From: Protoeuglena noctilucae
Taxonomy: Eukaryota
DNA length: 64,000 nt
Direction: 5' to 3'
Assembly (NCBI GenBank): GCA_958009085.1
Contig: OY253673.1
Coordinates: 992,001 to 1,056,000 of the forward strand
Positions 13,951-24,934 of this stretch are shown one piece after another. The position numbers were made by a program, and so were the translations under genes. The notes under the pieces were generated by a model. It did no database searches. It had not been told where the DNA came from and worked only from the letters and a program-made list of their open reading frames with translations. Numbering within the stretch: the first letter of the stretch is position 1; every line of letters starts with the position of its first letter.

Positions 13951-14240
13951 CTCTGAGGCCTAAGCCGCGGTCATCAATGAAGCAGTCGTCGTAAGCCAGC
14001 AGAACACCTTGTTGATGGTGGGGCGTGGCGGCGTCGTTGGTCACCATGTCGGTGCAGATGCGGTCCGCATGAGTCTTGGTCGGCGGTGCATCGCCGGCGG
14101 ACCTCTCAGTCGGCGTCGGAGTCGGAGGAAGAGTCCTCGAGGGTCTGGAGGACGGCGTCGAGGGCCTGGGGCGTGGCGGCCTCCTTGGTCATCTCGGTCA
14201 GGATGCGGTCCGCGTCGGCCTTGGTCGCTGGGGTCGCGCC
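13951..14240 (-). repeat. Diverged tandem duplication of the 3' end of the minus-strand gene fragment
   Basis: 14019-14096 (tggggcgtggcggcgtcgttggtcaccatgtcggtgcagatgcggtccgc...) aligns with 14167-14241 (tggggcgtggcggcctccttggtc---atctcggtcaggatgcggtccgc...). Confidence 0.85.
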
Positions 14241-14380
14241 GTCGTAGCCCATCAGCTTGAGCGGCTTGACGGTGCGGTCGTCGGGGAGGTCCTGCTTGCG
14301 TTTGTTGGCGTTGCGGATCAGCTTGGCGATCAGCGCGGAGGCGTCCCTCTTGTTGTTGGGGATCCCGCGATCGCGGAAGA
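14106..14380 (-). pseudogene. 5'-truncated fragment of an unknown intronless gene (C-terminal ~90 aa)
   Basis: Strong C/G third-position bias on the minus strand: FRDRGIPNNKRDASALIAKLIRNANKRKQDLPDDRTVKPLKLMGYDGATPATKADADRILTEM...SDSDAD-stop. The coding bias flips to the + strand at about 14380. Confidence 0.6.
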
Positions 14381-15154
14381 GGTGCTGGACTTTGTGGAGG
14401 AGCGCTGCGTCCCGGCCGGGTTCGAGGTGCCCGTGCAGTGGCTGTTCCTGGCCGCACGGAACCAGGCCGTCGACGAGCACAACCAGAGGTGCGTCGATCG
14501 GATGGGACGGGAGGGCCGCGAGACCCTGACGGCGGTGTTCGCCGCGAGGGAGGGCAGCGTGTGGACGCCCGTGCGCGACCCGCCCGCGTACGTCAGGAAG
14601 GCGGCAGCCGGAGTGAACGCAGGGGCAGGCGCAGAGGCGCTGACCCTGTGCCCCGGGTGCCCCCGTCATGCTGACGAGCAACATCGACGTCGCCGCGAAG
14701 CAGGTGAACGGCACGGTGGGCACGGTGGTGAAGTTCCTTCCCAACCTCACAATGGGCGGGATCGGCGCCGTGGAGGTCAGGCTCCCGGACGGGTCGACGA
14801 CCCCCATCACACCGTCGCGACTTCCACTTCAACGTGTACGACAAGGAGTACCGGGTGGAGGCGTTCCCGCTGCGAGCCGCCTTCGCCATGACGGTGCACA
14901 AGGCCCAGGGCAGCACGTACGCCACCGACGTCCTCGTCGACCTCGCGGGGTGCTTCGCCAGCGGCCAGGCGTACGTGGCCATGTCGCGCGTCCAGTCGGC
15001 CGCGCAGCTGCACTTCGTCAGGCACAGCAGGGAGGAGTTCAAGAAGATCTTCCGGGCGTGCGGGGTCGACCTCAAGATCGTCCAGGTCCTCCACGCGATG
15101 CGCCACATGCGCCCGGCCCACACGTCGCTGGCCGCGCTCGGCGCGGCGCCGTGA
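14380..15154 (+). pseudogene. PIF1-family (SF1B) helicase, C-terminal half, two +1 frameshifts, no Walker A/B
   Basis: LAARNQAVDEHN, LTLCPGCP/VMLTSNID...VNGTVGTV, FPLRAAFAMTVHKAQGST and VDLAGCFASGQAYVAMSRVQS lie in three successive frames (shifts at about 14660 and 14815). Confidence 0.92.
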
Positions 15155-15636
15155 CGCGCCGCCGACCACGTCCTCGTCGCGGCCCGCCCACGCATAGCCG
15201 CTCGCGCGTCGCACGGCGCCGGCAGCCTCCAGAATCGCCCCCGTTGAACGCTGCGGCACGGCATCGCTGCCCGCCCCCGGCACTCGGTCGCCGGGACGTC
15301 CGGGCCCTCGCGTCACGCGCGGTGCGATCGACCCCGTCATAACGGACACGTCGCCGCCGCGACGAAGGTCGTCGCCGTCGTCCGCGGAGCGCGCGCGATC
15401 CCTGCCCACTGCAGCCAGCTCCGGGCTGCGTCTGTCGCGCCGCGGACGTCCCGCGGCCGCCGCCCCTGGCATTTTCTTCTTTCGAAGCTGCCGTCCGCGG
15501 CACGCGCGGTCGCCGCGCCGCCCTGCAGGACCCGTTCGGCGCCGCCGCGTCGTCCGCCGTCGCGCGACGTGTTCCGTCGATCACGCTGAGGACTTGATCG
15601 CCGAACTGGCGCCCGTCCGCCGTCGCATTGCCCCCT

Positions 15637-15666
15637 CGCGCAACGCGCGTGACACACTTTCTCTGG
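15637..15666 (+). other. Helitron-type 3' terminus (GC hairpin + CTRR)
   Basis: CGCGCAACGCGCG-tgacacactttct-CTGG|T. Confidence 0.65.
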
Positions 15667-16154
15667 TAAACGCCCTTTCTTACACTTTCCCGGGTCTATA
15701 GAGCTTGGCGCAAAGGAAGCGTGGTGCAAGCGCGAGCAAACGAACCAGCGTGTATAGAGCATCAGCAAATGAGTCTTACATTGGCAGAGAGTGTAGTCCC
15801 TTAGCTGGTTGGGCAAATCGCCCTTGGTTACTAAATGCCAGGCATGGAGGTGACCCGACGATCTCCCTCGCTGCTCAATTTGACAAATAGTGTACGATGC
15901 GCCCACTCTGCCCCGCGGCAGACCCCGAGGGGATTTGTTCCAGCGTTACAAGCGACACGTTTCACACCGCCGCGCGCCGCGCGCTCAGTGTCGCCATGCG
16001 GCTTCCAACTCGATGGTCGGTTTCGTGATATTTGATGCGATTCCTGTGCGTATCGTTTAGCTCGGGCCGTGGTTGACGCGGCGCGGGCAAGGCGTTTGCA
16101 TGCAAAATCGCTGACCGATCACGGGGCAACACAGGATCCGCATCTCATTTGCTC

Positions 16155-17512
16155 ATGCAGGCCAACCATCAGTACACAGACCAAAACGGGGGCTCCAAGC
16201 CCCGGGGATATCTCCATTGGGCGCACCATCGCGAGCCGCAGGCTCACGTTGCCGACCAGTGAGCCAAGTTGCTGCGTCTGCCTCCCGATCGGTGGCGCGT
16301 TCTGCAGGCACTATCTGAACTGTTACTGCGCCCCGCTGCCCGCAGCCCCACCTCTCGGCAAGCGATGGGTGTGGACGGCCACGCCGCAGCCGATGGGCAC
16401 CTCGAGAACCACCTGGGGAGCATGGAGATGCTGCGCCCGCTGGCCGTCAAAGACAGCCACTTGCACCACACTGACCCCGCCCACGAGATCAACGTTTTCG
16501 CGCCCCTCAGCAAGGGCCCTGGCGGCGCCCCCATCCTCGGCGACCTCTTCTCCCCGCCGGACATTTACGACAACTTCGTCGCGCAAGGTGTGAAGAAGGC
16601 GCACGCCTCGTGGATGCCGGCCATGGTCCTGGGCTTCATGGCGGGCTGCTACATTGGCCTCGGAGCACTTCTGGCCGACACGGTTGGCGGCAACATCCCC
16701 GGCGTCAAGGCCACAAACCTGGGCCTACAAAAGTTCGTCTTTGGGTTCATCGGCCTCCCCTTCGGACTGCTGATGGTCGTCATCACCGGCGCCGACCTGT
16801 ACACCAGCACGGTCGGCTGCTGCTTCGCCGCCTTCGTCGCCCGCAAGATCAGCTTCTTCGTGAGTCGCCTGGGCTTCCCGCCACTTGCGCCTCGCTGCTA
16901 CACCGCACGCTCATCGCCATTTCCCTGCGTTTTCACAGGACTGGCTGCGCGCTTCATTCAGCGCGTGGCTCACCAACCTCGCCGGGTCCCTCGTGCTCGT
17001 CGGCCTCGTCTACGCCGGCCAGACGCACGAACACGACGCCGGCACCATGGCCGTGGCCCGGGTCAAGACATCGCATCCCTTTGGCGTCGTCTTCTGCCGC
17101 GGCATCCTCTGCAACTGGCTCGTGTGCATGGCCGTGGTGCAGGCGACCTCCGCCAACACCTTCGCAGGCAAATTCTTCGCCGTCCTCTTCCCCATCGGCG
17201 CGTTCGTGACCATGGTGCGTGTCGCCCCGCCCTAGGCCTGCCACTCGTGCGTGCGCTAGCGTGGTCCCCGCCGCTCGACTGTCCCTGCCCAGCCGACTGC
17301 AGGGGTTCGACCACTCGGTGGCGAACATGTTCCTGGTGCCCATGGGCATGGCCGCGGGGGCCCACGACGTGACGGTGACGGACTTCATCGTCAAGTCGCT
17401 CATACCAGCCACGCTGGGGAACGCTGTCGGGGGCGCGTTCTTCGTCGCTACCGTCCTTGGCCTGGCCTATGACAAGATCCCCGGTCTCAATCTGGCAGAG
17501 AACGTGTGGTGA
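16155..17512 (+). CDS. NAR1: Formate/nitrite transporter (FNT) family channel, NAR1-like
   Basis: SPPDIY, GFMAGCYIGLG, LPFGLLMVVITGADLYTST, WLTNLAGS, RGILCNWLVCMAV, PIGAFVTM|GFDHSVANMF and ATLGNAVGG. The start is 16155 (via an intron at about 16259-16345) or 16365. Confidence 0.93.
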
Positions 17513-17993
17513 GCCATGCGCAGCTGGTGTGCACGCCGGGGCGCCGCAACCCGCACCACACCACTTGCCGCCACCCTCTCTGCTCCTGCAGCTGGGGTCG
17601 GGACACCACGCTCCCGTCGGCCAGGCGGGAGGCCAGCCGCAGGAAGTGAGGGAGAAGCAGTTGGCGGACTGGCAATCCACACGCATTGACGATCTGCACC
17701 TCGAGATTGAGTGACAGCACCCGCGTTTCTTCACAGCAGGGGCGCAATATTGCCCCCACGCACAGCGCACGCCTCCAACCACCTATTGCGTCTGCTGATG
17801 GCCAATATCACGCCACAGCCCATCCCACTACGGCCTCGTCGCAGCGTCTAAGTTTGAGTTTAACCTCCAGCGTTGCCTCTTTCCGACACGCTGTCCGTCC
17901 AGTGTGCTTTTGGCACGTCAAGTTGCTCTTCAAGTGCTTTTTCGTCCGTGTGCTGCAATCTAGTCGTGGTCACTCATCTGTCTAGGACGACCC

Positions 17994-19780
17994 TCAGCTC
18001 TGGGCCGCCAGGGACTGGATGGCCGCCCCAAGGGGCCACGTCACCTCGACCGGTTCCACCCTGTAGCTGATCTGCCGGATCAGCGTCACGTCCTGGTCCG
18101 GGTCGATCTGGAACCCCTCCACCATCATCTCGTACTGGTACACCAGGTCCATGCAGAAGAACTGCCCCTTGGACGCGTCCACGTGCGAAGAACCCAGGAG
18201 GGCCACGACCTCCTCGCCTGTGTCGCGCTCGCACACCTGGCGCGCCAGGTCGAGGTACGCACGCGGCTGCGGAGACGGGCGCATGGGGCGTGGGTGGCAG
18301 CATGTGGCGCGGCGTTGGTCGGCGGAGTCTCTGCAGGCGCGGGGGCACTGCGCACCTTGGACCGGGCCTGGAGAGACCCCCTTTCGACGATGCCCGCCTC
18401 GATGGCCCTGTCGAAGAAGTAGGACATGAGATGCACGTTGCGCGTGGGGTGGCCCCCCCGTGCCCAGGGTCCTCCCCATGCGCCGGCGAAGAGGCAGTGG
18501 GCGAGAGGAGTCGACACGACCAGGCACTGCCTGTCGGCGGCCAGGCTCTGCCGGGAGACCTCCTGGCATCTGGAGAGGTCCGGCCCCGTGGGCCCCGCCA
18601 CCAGGGGGTATCGCACGCCGCTGAAGGCAGAGCGAAGGAAAGGTTGGCGCGGAGCGCACATGTATAGAGGACGCGATGAAGCGAGCGTGGCTTTGCGGTC
18701 ACACTTGCCTGTACACGTACTCCGTCGCTGGCCCCCGCGCCATGCACGGGTGCTGGCCCCCCTCTCTCGTTCCATCCTCCTGCAGTGCCCGGCTGCGCTC
18801 CGCACCAGCCGGCTGCCCCCCGCCCCCGTCCCCCTGTGCTGCACCCAGGCCCCGAAGTCCCAGCAGCGTGGACAGCACCTGCGCCCGCCCCGCCATGAGG
18901 CCGTACCCCAGCCAGGAGTGGACGTACACATGGTACGACCGCCCCGCGCCCTGCATCACGCGCACGTAGCCCTGCGGGGCCATCGCTGCCTCCCAGTCCT
19001 CCATAGCGTACGCCAGCTGCACCGAGCCGCCCCCCAGGTCGATCGTGGCTGCGTGGCGGGGAGCGGGAGGCGTCTCGCCGACCAGCAGCGCCCGCCCCGT
19101 CCTCCATGCAACCCCGCCCCCCGCCTCCCCTCCTCACCCGACGTCTCGGCCGGCGGCGCCCCGAGCTTCCCCTGCAAGTAGTTGAGAGCCATCCACGCGT
19201 ACACCGCCTCGTCCTGCCCGTCCAGCACCGAGACCATCGAGTCGTCAAAGTCGAAGCCGCTGCGGCGGAGGCGGGCGCGGACCGCCGCCAGGATGTCCTC
19301 TGCCTGCGTGCCCTCCAGCAGCCTCAGCCCCGCGGTGGCCCGCAGCTCCACGGTCGTCTCCCCGTGCAGCTCTGGCGGGACAGCGGCCGCAGCCTTCTGC
19401 AGGAGACCGTCCAGCGAGGCGGCCGCCTGGGCCGGGTCCCCCGCGTAAGCGCTGAGCCCCGGGGTGATGGAGTGGAAGTCGTCCGACTCGAACTCGAGGT
19501 CCCCGTCGCCCATGCGCGAGAAGCGGTAGGTGTGGACGCGCGTGCCGGTGCTGCCGGCGTCGAGGACCACGGCGTATCGGCTCGCCCGCTCGACCACGCC
19601 CAGGCGCGGGTGCGGGAGGGGGCGCGCGCGGGAGGCGAGGTCCGCCGGGGCAGCGAGGAGGGCGACGGCGACGAGGAGCAGCGGGATGGCCACGACCGCA
19701 GTCAGGACCGGGTGCTCGCGGAACAGGGACGCCAGCCGCGCCCAGGGGCTGCCCCTGGCCGCCGAGCTGCCCTTCGCCAT
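17994..19780 (-). CDS. Apyrase / NTPDase (GDA1/CD39 family) with an N-terminal TM anchor
   Basis: ACR motifs VVLDAGSTGTRVH, LRATAGLRLL, DGQDEAVYAW, IDLGGGSVQ, HSWLGYGL, CMDLVY and WPLGAA. An extra 5' exon is possible. Confidence 0.93.
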
Positions 19781-20735
19781 CCCCGGGGCGCGGAACCGCA
19801 ACGTCTGCGGGGGCGCAGCGGGGTGGGGCTGCCAAGAAAGCCCAGGACGGGGCGACACTCCGCTGCCTCGTCGCGGCATGAGCCTCACCCTGGTGCCGCT
19901 CGACTGGCCGCTCGAGATGTCACTCCCGTTTTCGAGCCGGTCTGTCGAGGAGCCGGACTCGGTGTCAATCCCGCTGAGCCGTTGGCGCGAACCTGCGCAG
20001 GCAGTCCCACCTCCCCGCTTGCGGCCGCAGCGACATGTGGCGCGAAGTCGAGTGGATGCAGGTAAGAAATTTCACGCAACGGCAACCGTGAAGGGGCGCG
20101 GCACGCAAGGCGCGCGCGGAGGCAGGCAAGCCAGCTCGCGCAGAGCTGGGCGCACGCGCAGCGAATCGTGGCGAGGCTGGCAGCACCGGTGCGGTCGCTA
20201 GCGAAACAACAACACACCTTTCGATATCCCGAGGCGTTCCATGGACAACGCCGAGGGCTCGGGCCGCGCGCGGGCGGACGCTCACGCCTCTCCAGGAATC
20301 TGTCGAGCGAAACGCAGAAGCAAGCTATTGGCGAGGACGGACGAATTCTTTGCAACGTCTTAATCTGCTGCCCCGCCTCCTAATCGCTCCGGGAGACCCA
20401 CCAGCCCCTCAAAAGAGAGGCATGAGTGGGCGGCACGAGGCCGCCGGATGACGACGAGGAGACGAGAGATGATGGTGGCAATCGCAACTAGCCGCTTGAA
20501 GAGAGAAGCGCAGCTCCTGCACCCGCCAGAACATGTGCGGCACAGGGCGCGTAGCGGCAAACTGGGGTGCTAGTGGACCGATGATATCTAAGGCCCCTAG
20601 GAACTTACGGCGAGACCGGAAAGCTCCCATGTCCTCGCCAGGGTGCTAATATAAAGATTCCTGGTGACGGCGGCGGGGGCTGCGGAGGCGACGGGGCGGT
20701 CTTACGGCGAGACGGGAGAAATGCTAGGATAAACC

Positions 20736-22841
20736 TTAATCCCTGTTGGCAGGGACTTCGACGGGGAACGTGACGCCGCCATCCGACTGCCGCTTGCCCG
20801 GCCAGGCGTCAGGGGGAGAGGTGGGGCTCCGGGGACTGCCCTGGGCCACGCCCGCCGCCCGCACCGCGATGTCGGGCAAGAGACGGGACGAGGCTGGGGC
20901 CTTCCGCTCCACCCCGAGCCTGCGGTAGGGAGAGCACAGAGAGATGAGGCATGCAGACGCAGCCGCCGCGGCAGTGCTCCCGCCAGCCCGTCCTGTCCTC
21001 CCTGTCCTCACCGTTCGACCGAGTCCTTGGACGTGTCGGACGCCGTGCTCCTGAGGGACCCTTTCGCCGAACGCGACGCCGACTGCATCCGGTCCCTCCC
21101 CCCCGACGGCCCCTGATGCAGCCGCTCCCACAGCCTCCGCACGTTGGGGCACGAGGAGGACGTCAGGCCCGCCCGCATCGGGTCCACGCCAAACACGAGC
21201 CCTGCGAGCGTGGGCGTGGCTGGGGAGGCTCGAATCCCAAGGGCTCGACTCCGTAAGGCACCACAGCCAGGCCAGCGAGGACTGCACTGCGCGGACCTTC
21301 GCTGATCAGATGCTCGCAGAGCTTGGCAGCCTCTTCCAGCGCCCGCGCCTTTTCGGCCCCACGCTTGGAGGTGACACGGGCCAAGGTGGCCGTCGCCATC
21401 GTCTCTGCCTGAAACGTTGTCAGGGCCTTGCCGTCGACCGCAGCCTCCGGCCCGTGCAGCGCCTCCTGCGCGTCCTTGAGCCACGCGTGCCGAAGCAGCT
21501 CGGGCATGGTGGGCCGGCGGTAGACGCTGGGCTCGAGGCCACGGGCGAGCCAGTCGCGGGCCGTGGCGCTCAGGGCGGGCCTCGGGGGGAAGTTGCCGAG
21601 GTGGAAGGCGCTGCGACGGATGGCCGCGCAGGTCTTCTCCGGGGTGTCCTGCGGCGCAGGGGAGTGCCGCGGGTCTTGCCACGGGTCCTGCAGCGAGCCA
21701 GGATGCGGCGCAGACCCTGTCCGTGTCGGACGTCGGCGGACCGGGATCCATGCACCTGTAGGAAGGGCTGAGCCCCCGTCAGGCACTCCAGGCACACCAA
21801 GGCCATGGACCACACGTCGGACTCGATGGCGTACTCGGCGGGCTGCTTCAGCACCTCCGGCGCTGCGGGGGCGGGGCTCACAGCTGCGGGGTCACTCCAC
21901 GCAACGCCAGACGCGCCGGGAGCAAGTGAAGCGAGAGCCACCTGTGTACGCTAGCGTCGTGACGTGCCGCGTGGGACGCTCCCACCGGATGCAAACCATG
22001 TGCTCGAGGTCGACGATTTTCACCCGGCCGTCCTCCCTCAGCACGAAGTTGTCCACGGTCAGGTCCCTGCGAAGGTCCCCGCGACTTCTCATGAAGCGTG
22101 GGAGCAGTGCACGTGCAGGAGCTCGCCGGCAGGCCGCGACGCACCTGTGCACTACCCCTGCGGCGTGGAGCCTGGCCAGCGTGTTCATCGGGGCGGTGAG
22201 CAACGCCCGGACCGTGTCCTCGGATAGCGGCCCAGAGGACGCGGCGAACTCGCGGAGTGTCCGGTCGCCAACATATTCCATGCAGACGTATATGTGGTCA
22301 CGGTCCTCCTGCACGCACGCGTCCTATCCCCTCAACCCCAGTCATGCATCTGCATGCATCCCTGGTCCCTCGGCACCCATAAGCCTCACCCACGCTGCGT
22401 AGAAATCCGCGATATTGTCGTCTGAGATTGAAGAGTGGATAAATATCATACGGCGCACGGAATACTGGTCCTCACGGCTCAAAGCCGTCAGAAGGTACGC
22501 TTTCACGACGCATCGCAATCCGCTGCACTCGACCAGCATGACCGATAAGCCATCGGAGTCTCCGAGAGTCCGCACAAGCTCGAAGGAGGGGCTCTCGGTC
22601 ACTTCCGGCGGCGCGAGAGGGCCGCGTAAGGGTGGGGTGAGGGCAAGGCCGTAGCATGCCGCCAGCCCGCCCTCTTCCTCAGGCGCCCGCGTGCCTGTCC
22701 ACTGGACTCGACGATCGAGCTCATCGCGCAGAGAGGCCGGGCTGTGGCCCCTCGCCTGCGCCGGCAAAGGAGTTTACCCCCAGGTGAAGTGCTACAGCGC
22801 TTCGGATGCTTTACGTGCGCTGCGGGGGACATTGCCTGCAT
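20736..22841 (-). CDS. Aurora/CAMK-like protein kinase-fold protein with degenerate catalytic motifs (probable pseudokinase)
   Basis: Spliced in frame: VVKAY, VRRMIFIHSSI..DNIADFYAAW|EDRDHIYVCMEY, VVHR|DLTVDN, KIVDLE, TLAYT|APEVL and SDVWS. Confidence 0.8.
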
Positions 22842-23202
22842 CACCGAGCCTTGTAAACACCACGTCGCGGTCCTCTCGGGCGCAGCGAAGCCGCAGCGGC
22901 GAGAGAAGCCTGCGGGTCGCGGGATCACGGCCTACAGCGCCGATTCCAGACCCGTGACTGAGTAAGTGTCGTCAATGTTGCACTGTCGTCGAGCCTTCAC
23001 GTAGCAGATGGGGCGGAAGTGGATAAAGCCTTCCGCCCAAAACAAAAGCCCCTACAGCTCCTCCACCGCGTTTTTGACTCGTAATGCTTGCCACGAAGCG
23101 TAGAGCAGGCGTCAAGGACGCGAGGGGCAGTCAGACGGGGCAGAATACGGAGCGTCGGGGGCCTTCCCCGGTCGACAACCCAGGTGGGTATCCGTCACAA
23201 CC

Positions 23203-24051
23203 TCAGACCTTCTTGTCGCCAGCCATCACGAGCGTGAGGACGGCCTCGCTCGCGACCTTGTCCCCGACGTAGCACGTCCCCTTCATCTTGGCGATGCCGA
23301 ACTTCTTGTTGAACTTTTCCAACTCGACGTGCAGCACGAGCGTATCGCCCGGCTCCACAACGCGCCTGCAGCAGGATCGGAGAAGATGCTACGTACCGCG
23401 CCCAGCCTGCCCTGCCAGTCTGCCCTCGCGCCCCACCTGAACCGGCACTCGTCGATGCCGCCGAAGAAGAAGTTGTCCTTGTTGGGGTCGGCCGGGTCCA
23501 GCATGCAGATACCCCTGCGGGAAACCACGATGGTAGGACAGTGCCAACCCTCCCCAGGTCTCACGATCCCCTCCCCATCATGCTGCGTGAGCATCCTCCG
23601 GCTCACCCCGCCTGCGCCAGCGCCTCGATCTGCAGCACGCCGGGCATGATGGGCCGCTGGGGGAAGTGGCCCGGGAAGAAGTTGTCGTTCACCGTGACCA
23701 GCTTGATGGCCACGCAGTGCTTCTGGAACTGCGTGCAGCGAGGCGTCCGAGGGCAGCCGATGAACAGCACGAGAGCGCAGGAGCCATAACCAGAGCCGGC
23801 CAGCGTGCCCAGGGGGTGCGTGTTCCCGTGTCCCCCACCCCAGTGCGCCCGGACCCTCGCCTCAAAGTCCAGCACCCGGTCGACGAGGAGGAAGGGGTAC
23901 CGGTGCGGCAGGATCTTCATGATCTCGTTCACGTCCTTCACGGGCTTGAGGTACGCCACCGACTTGGGGTCGAACGCGGGAGCAGCGGGAGTAGCCTCCC
24001 CCTCGGCTCTCACCACGGCACTCTGGGCACGGCCCCGCCTGCGCACAACAC
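23203..24051 (-). CDS. fabZ: 3-hydroxyacyl-ACP dehydratase, plastid FAS II (5' exon(s) upstream of 24051 unresolved)
   Basis: [60 protein letters not shown] transit-peptide-like cleavage context. Confidence 0.95.
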
Positions 24052-24934
24052 TGGCGACAGGGGGGGTGTCCAGAAGGGACCCGTGGCAAAGCGGAACGTG
24101 TGAAGTGAAAGTAGCGCCCACGACCGCGACAAGGTCCACGGAGGAGGAGGAGTACAGACACAGGGAGGCTCGAGCCTGAACTCTCCTCTCCCCCCGCACC
24201 CCACGCTCCGCAGCAAGCGTTTCCCCTTCCATCAACACCATATGCATCAGAGACAGAAGCTCGGCGAGGCCACACGGCGCGCCCTGGTTCCCGGACGGCG
24301 CTCCCGACGTCCCAGGGCCGAAATCTGGGCCCTGCCGGTCGCGAGCTTGCGCTCGCGGGGAGCCGTGGGCGTGACGCAAGCATCCATCGCCGCAGCTATG
24401 CATCATCCAAAGCATCGCACCTGGCGAGAGCTTGCGGCGGGGCGGGGCCCCTGAGCTGCACCGTCGCAGAGACAGAAAGAGCCATTTTCCCGCGCTTCGA
24501 TGTCACGACACGCCCGATGGCCCTACTGAATGCGTGTCACTGCGATTGCGCATGGACCAGCCCGCGTGCCTCTGCCATCAGGAAGCGGGGGGTGCCCCGT
24601 GCGCAAGTTTGCAAGCGTGGCCATGAAGCGTAGCAATCCTGGCCAGCGCACCGCACTCTCGTGGCGACCTCGTGGTTTCCTGTGACCTGCTGTAAGCGGA
24701 GGCTGCTGTCACCGACGCGATGCAGGTTGGGAGACAGGGCGTGGTGCGTGATGGGCCACTGCCGGCACCGCCGGGTCCCGCCCCGCGTCTCGCACAGTTC
24801 CATGGTCTAGGACGGGCGCTCGTCGCATACGGTGGGTTTGCGCAGCGCGGGAACCCACAACCGGACTCTGCGGGGGGCGACCCATGCGCCGAAGGCCGAA
24901 GGCCCTGATCGTCGCGCGTTTCAGACGTCCACGT

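Larger units (their letters stand above)
13948..15666 (+). mobile_element. Non-autonomous Helitron-like rolling-circle element (internally deleted derivative)
   Basis: Intronless PIF1 fragment on +. The 3' end is hairpin CGCGC-AAC-GCGCG (15637-15649), then 13 nt, then CTGG (CTRR) followed by T15667, with a sharp GC drop beyond. The 5' end A13947|TC is only a candidate. Confidence 0.62.

Noticed and set aside
14655..14825. Programmed frameshifting or tiny introns rescuing the PIF1 ORF
   Set aside because: The N-terminal ATPase half is missing anyway and no suitable splice sites flank the shifts; decay (or a homopolymer sequencing error at the C5 run) is simpler.
15312..15653. 10-bp inverted repeat gtcacgcgcg/cgcgcgtgac as sub-terminal inverted repeats
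   Set aside because: Short and plausible by chance in such GC-rich DNA; it is not at the element's 5' end.
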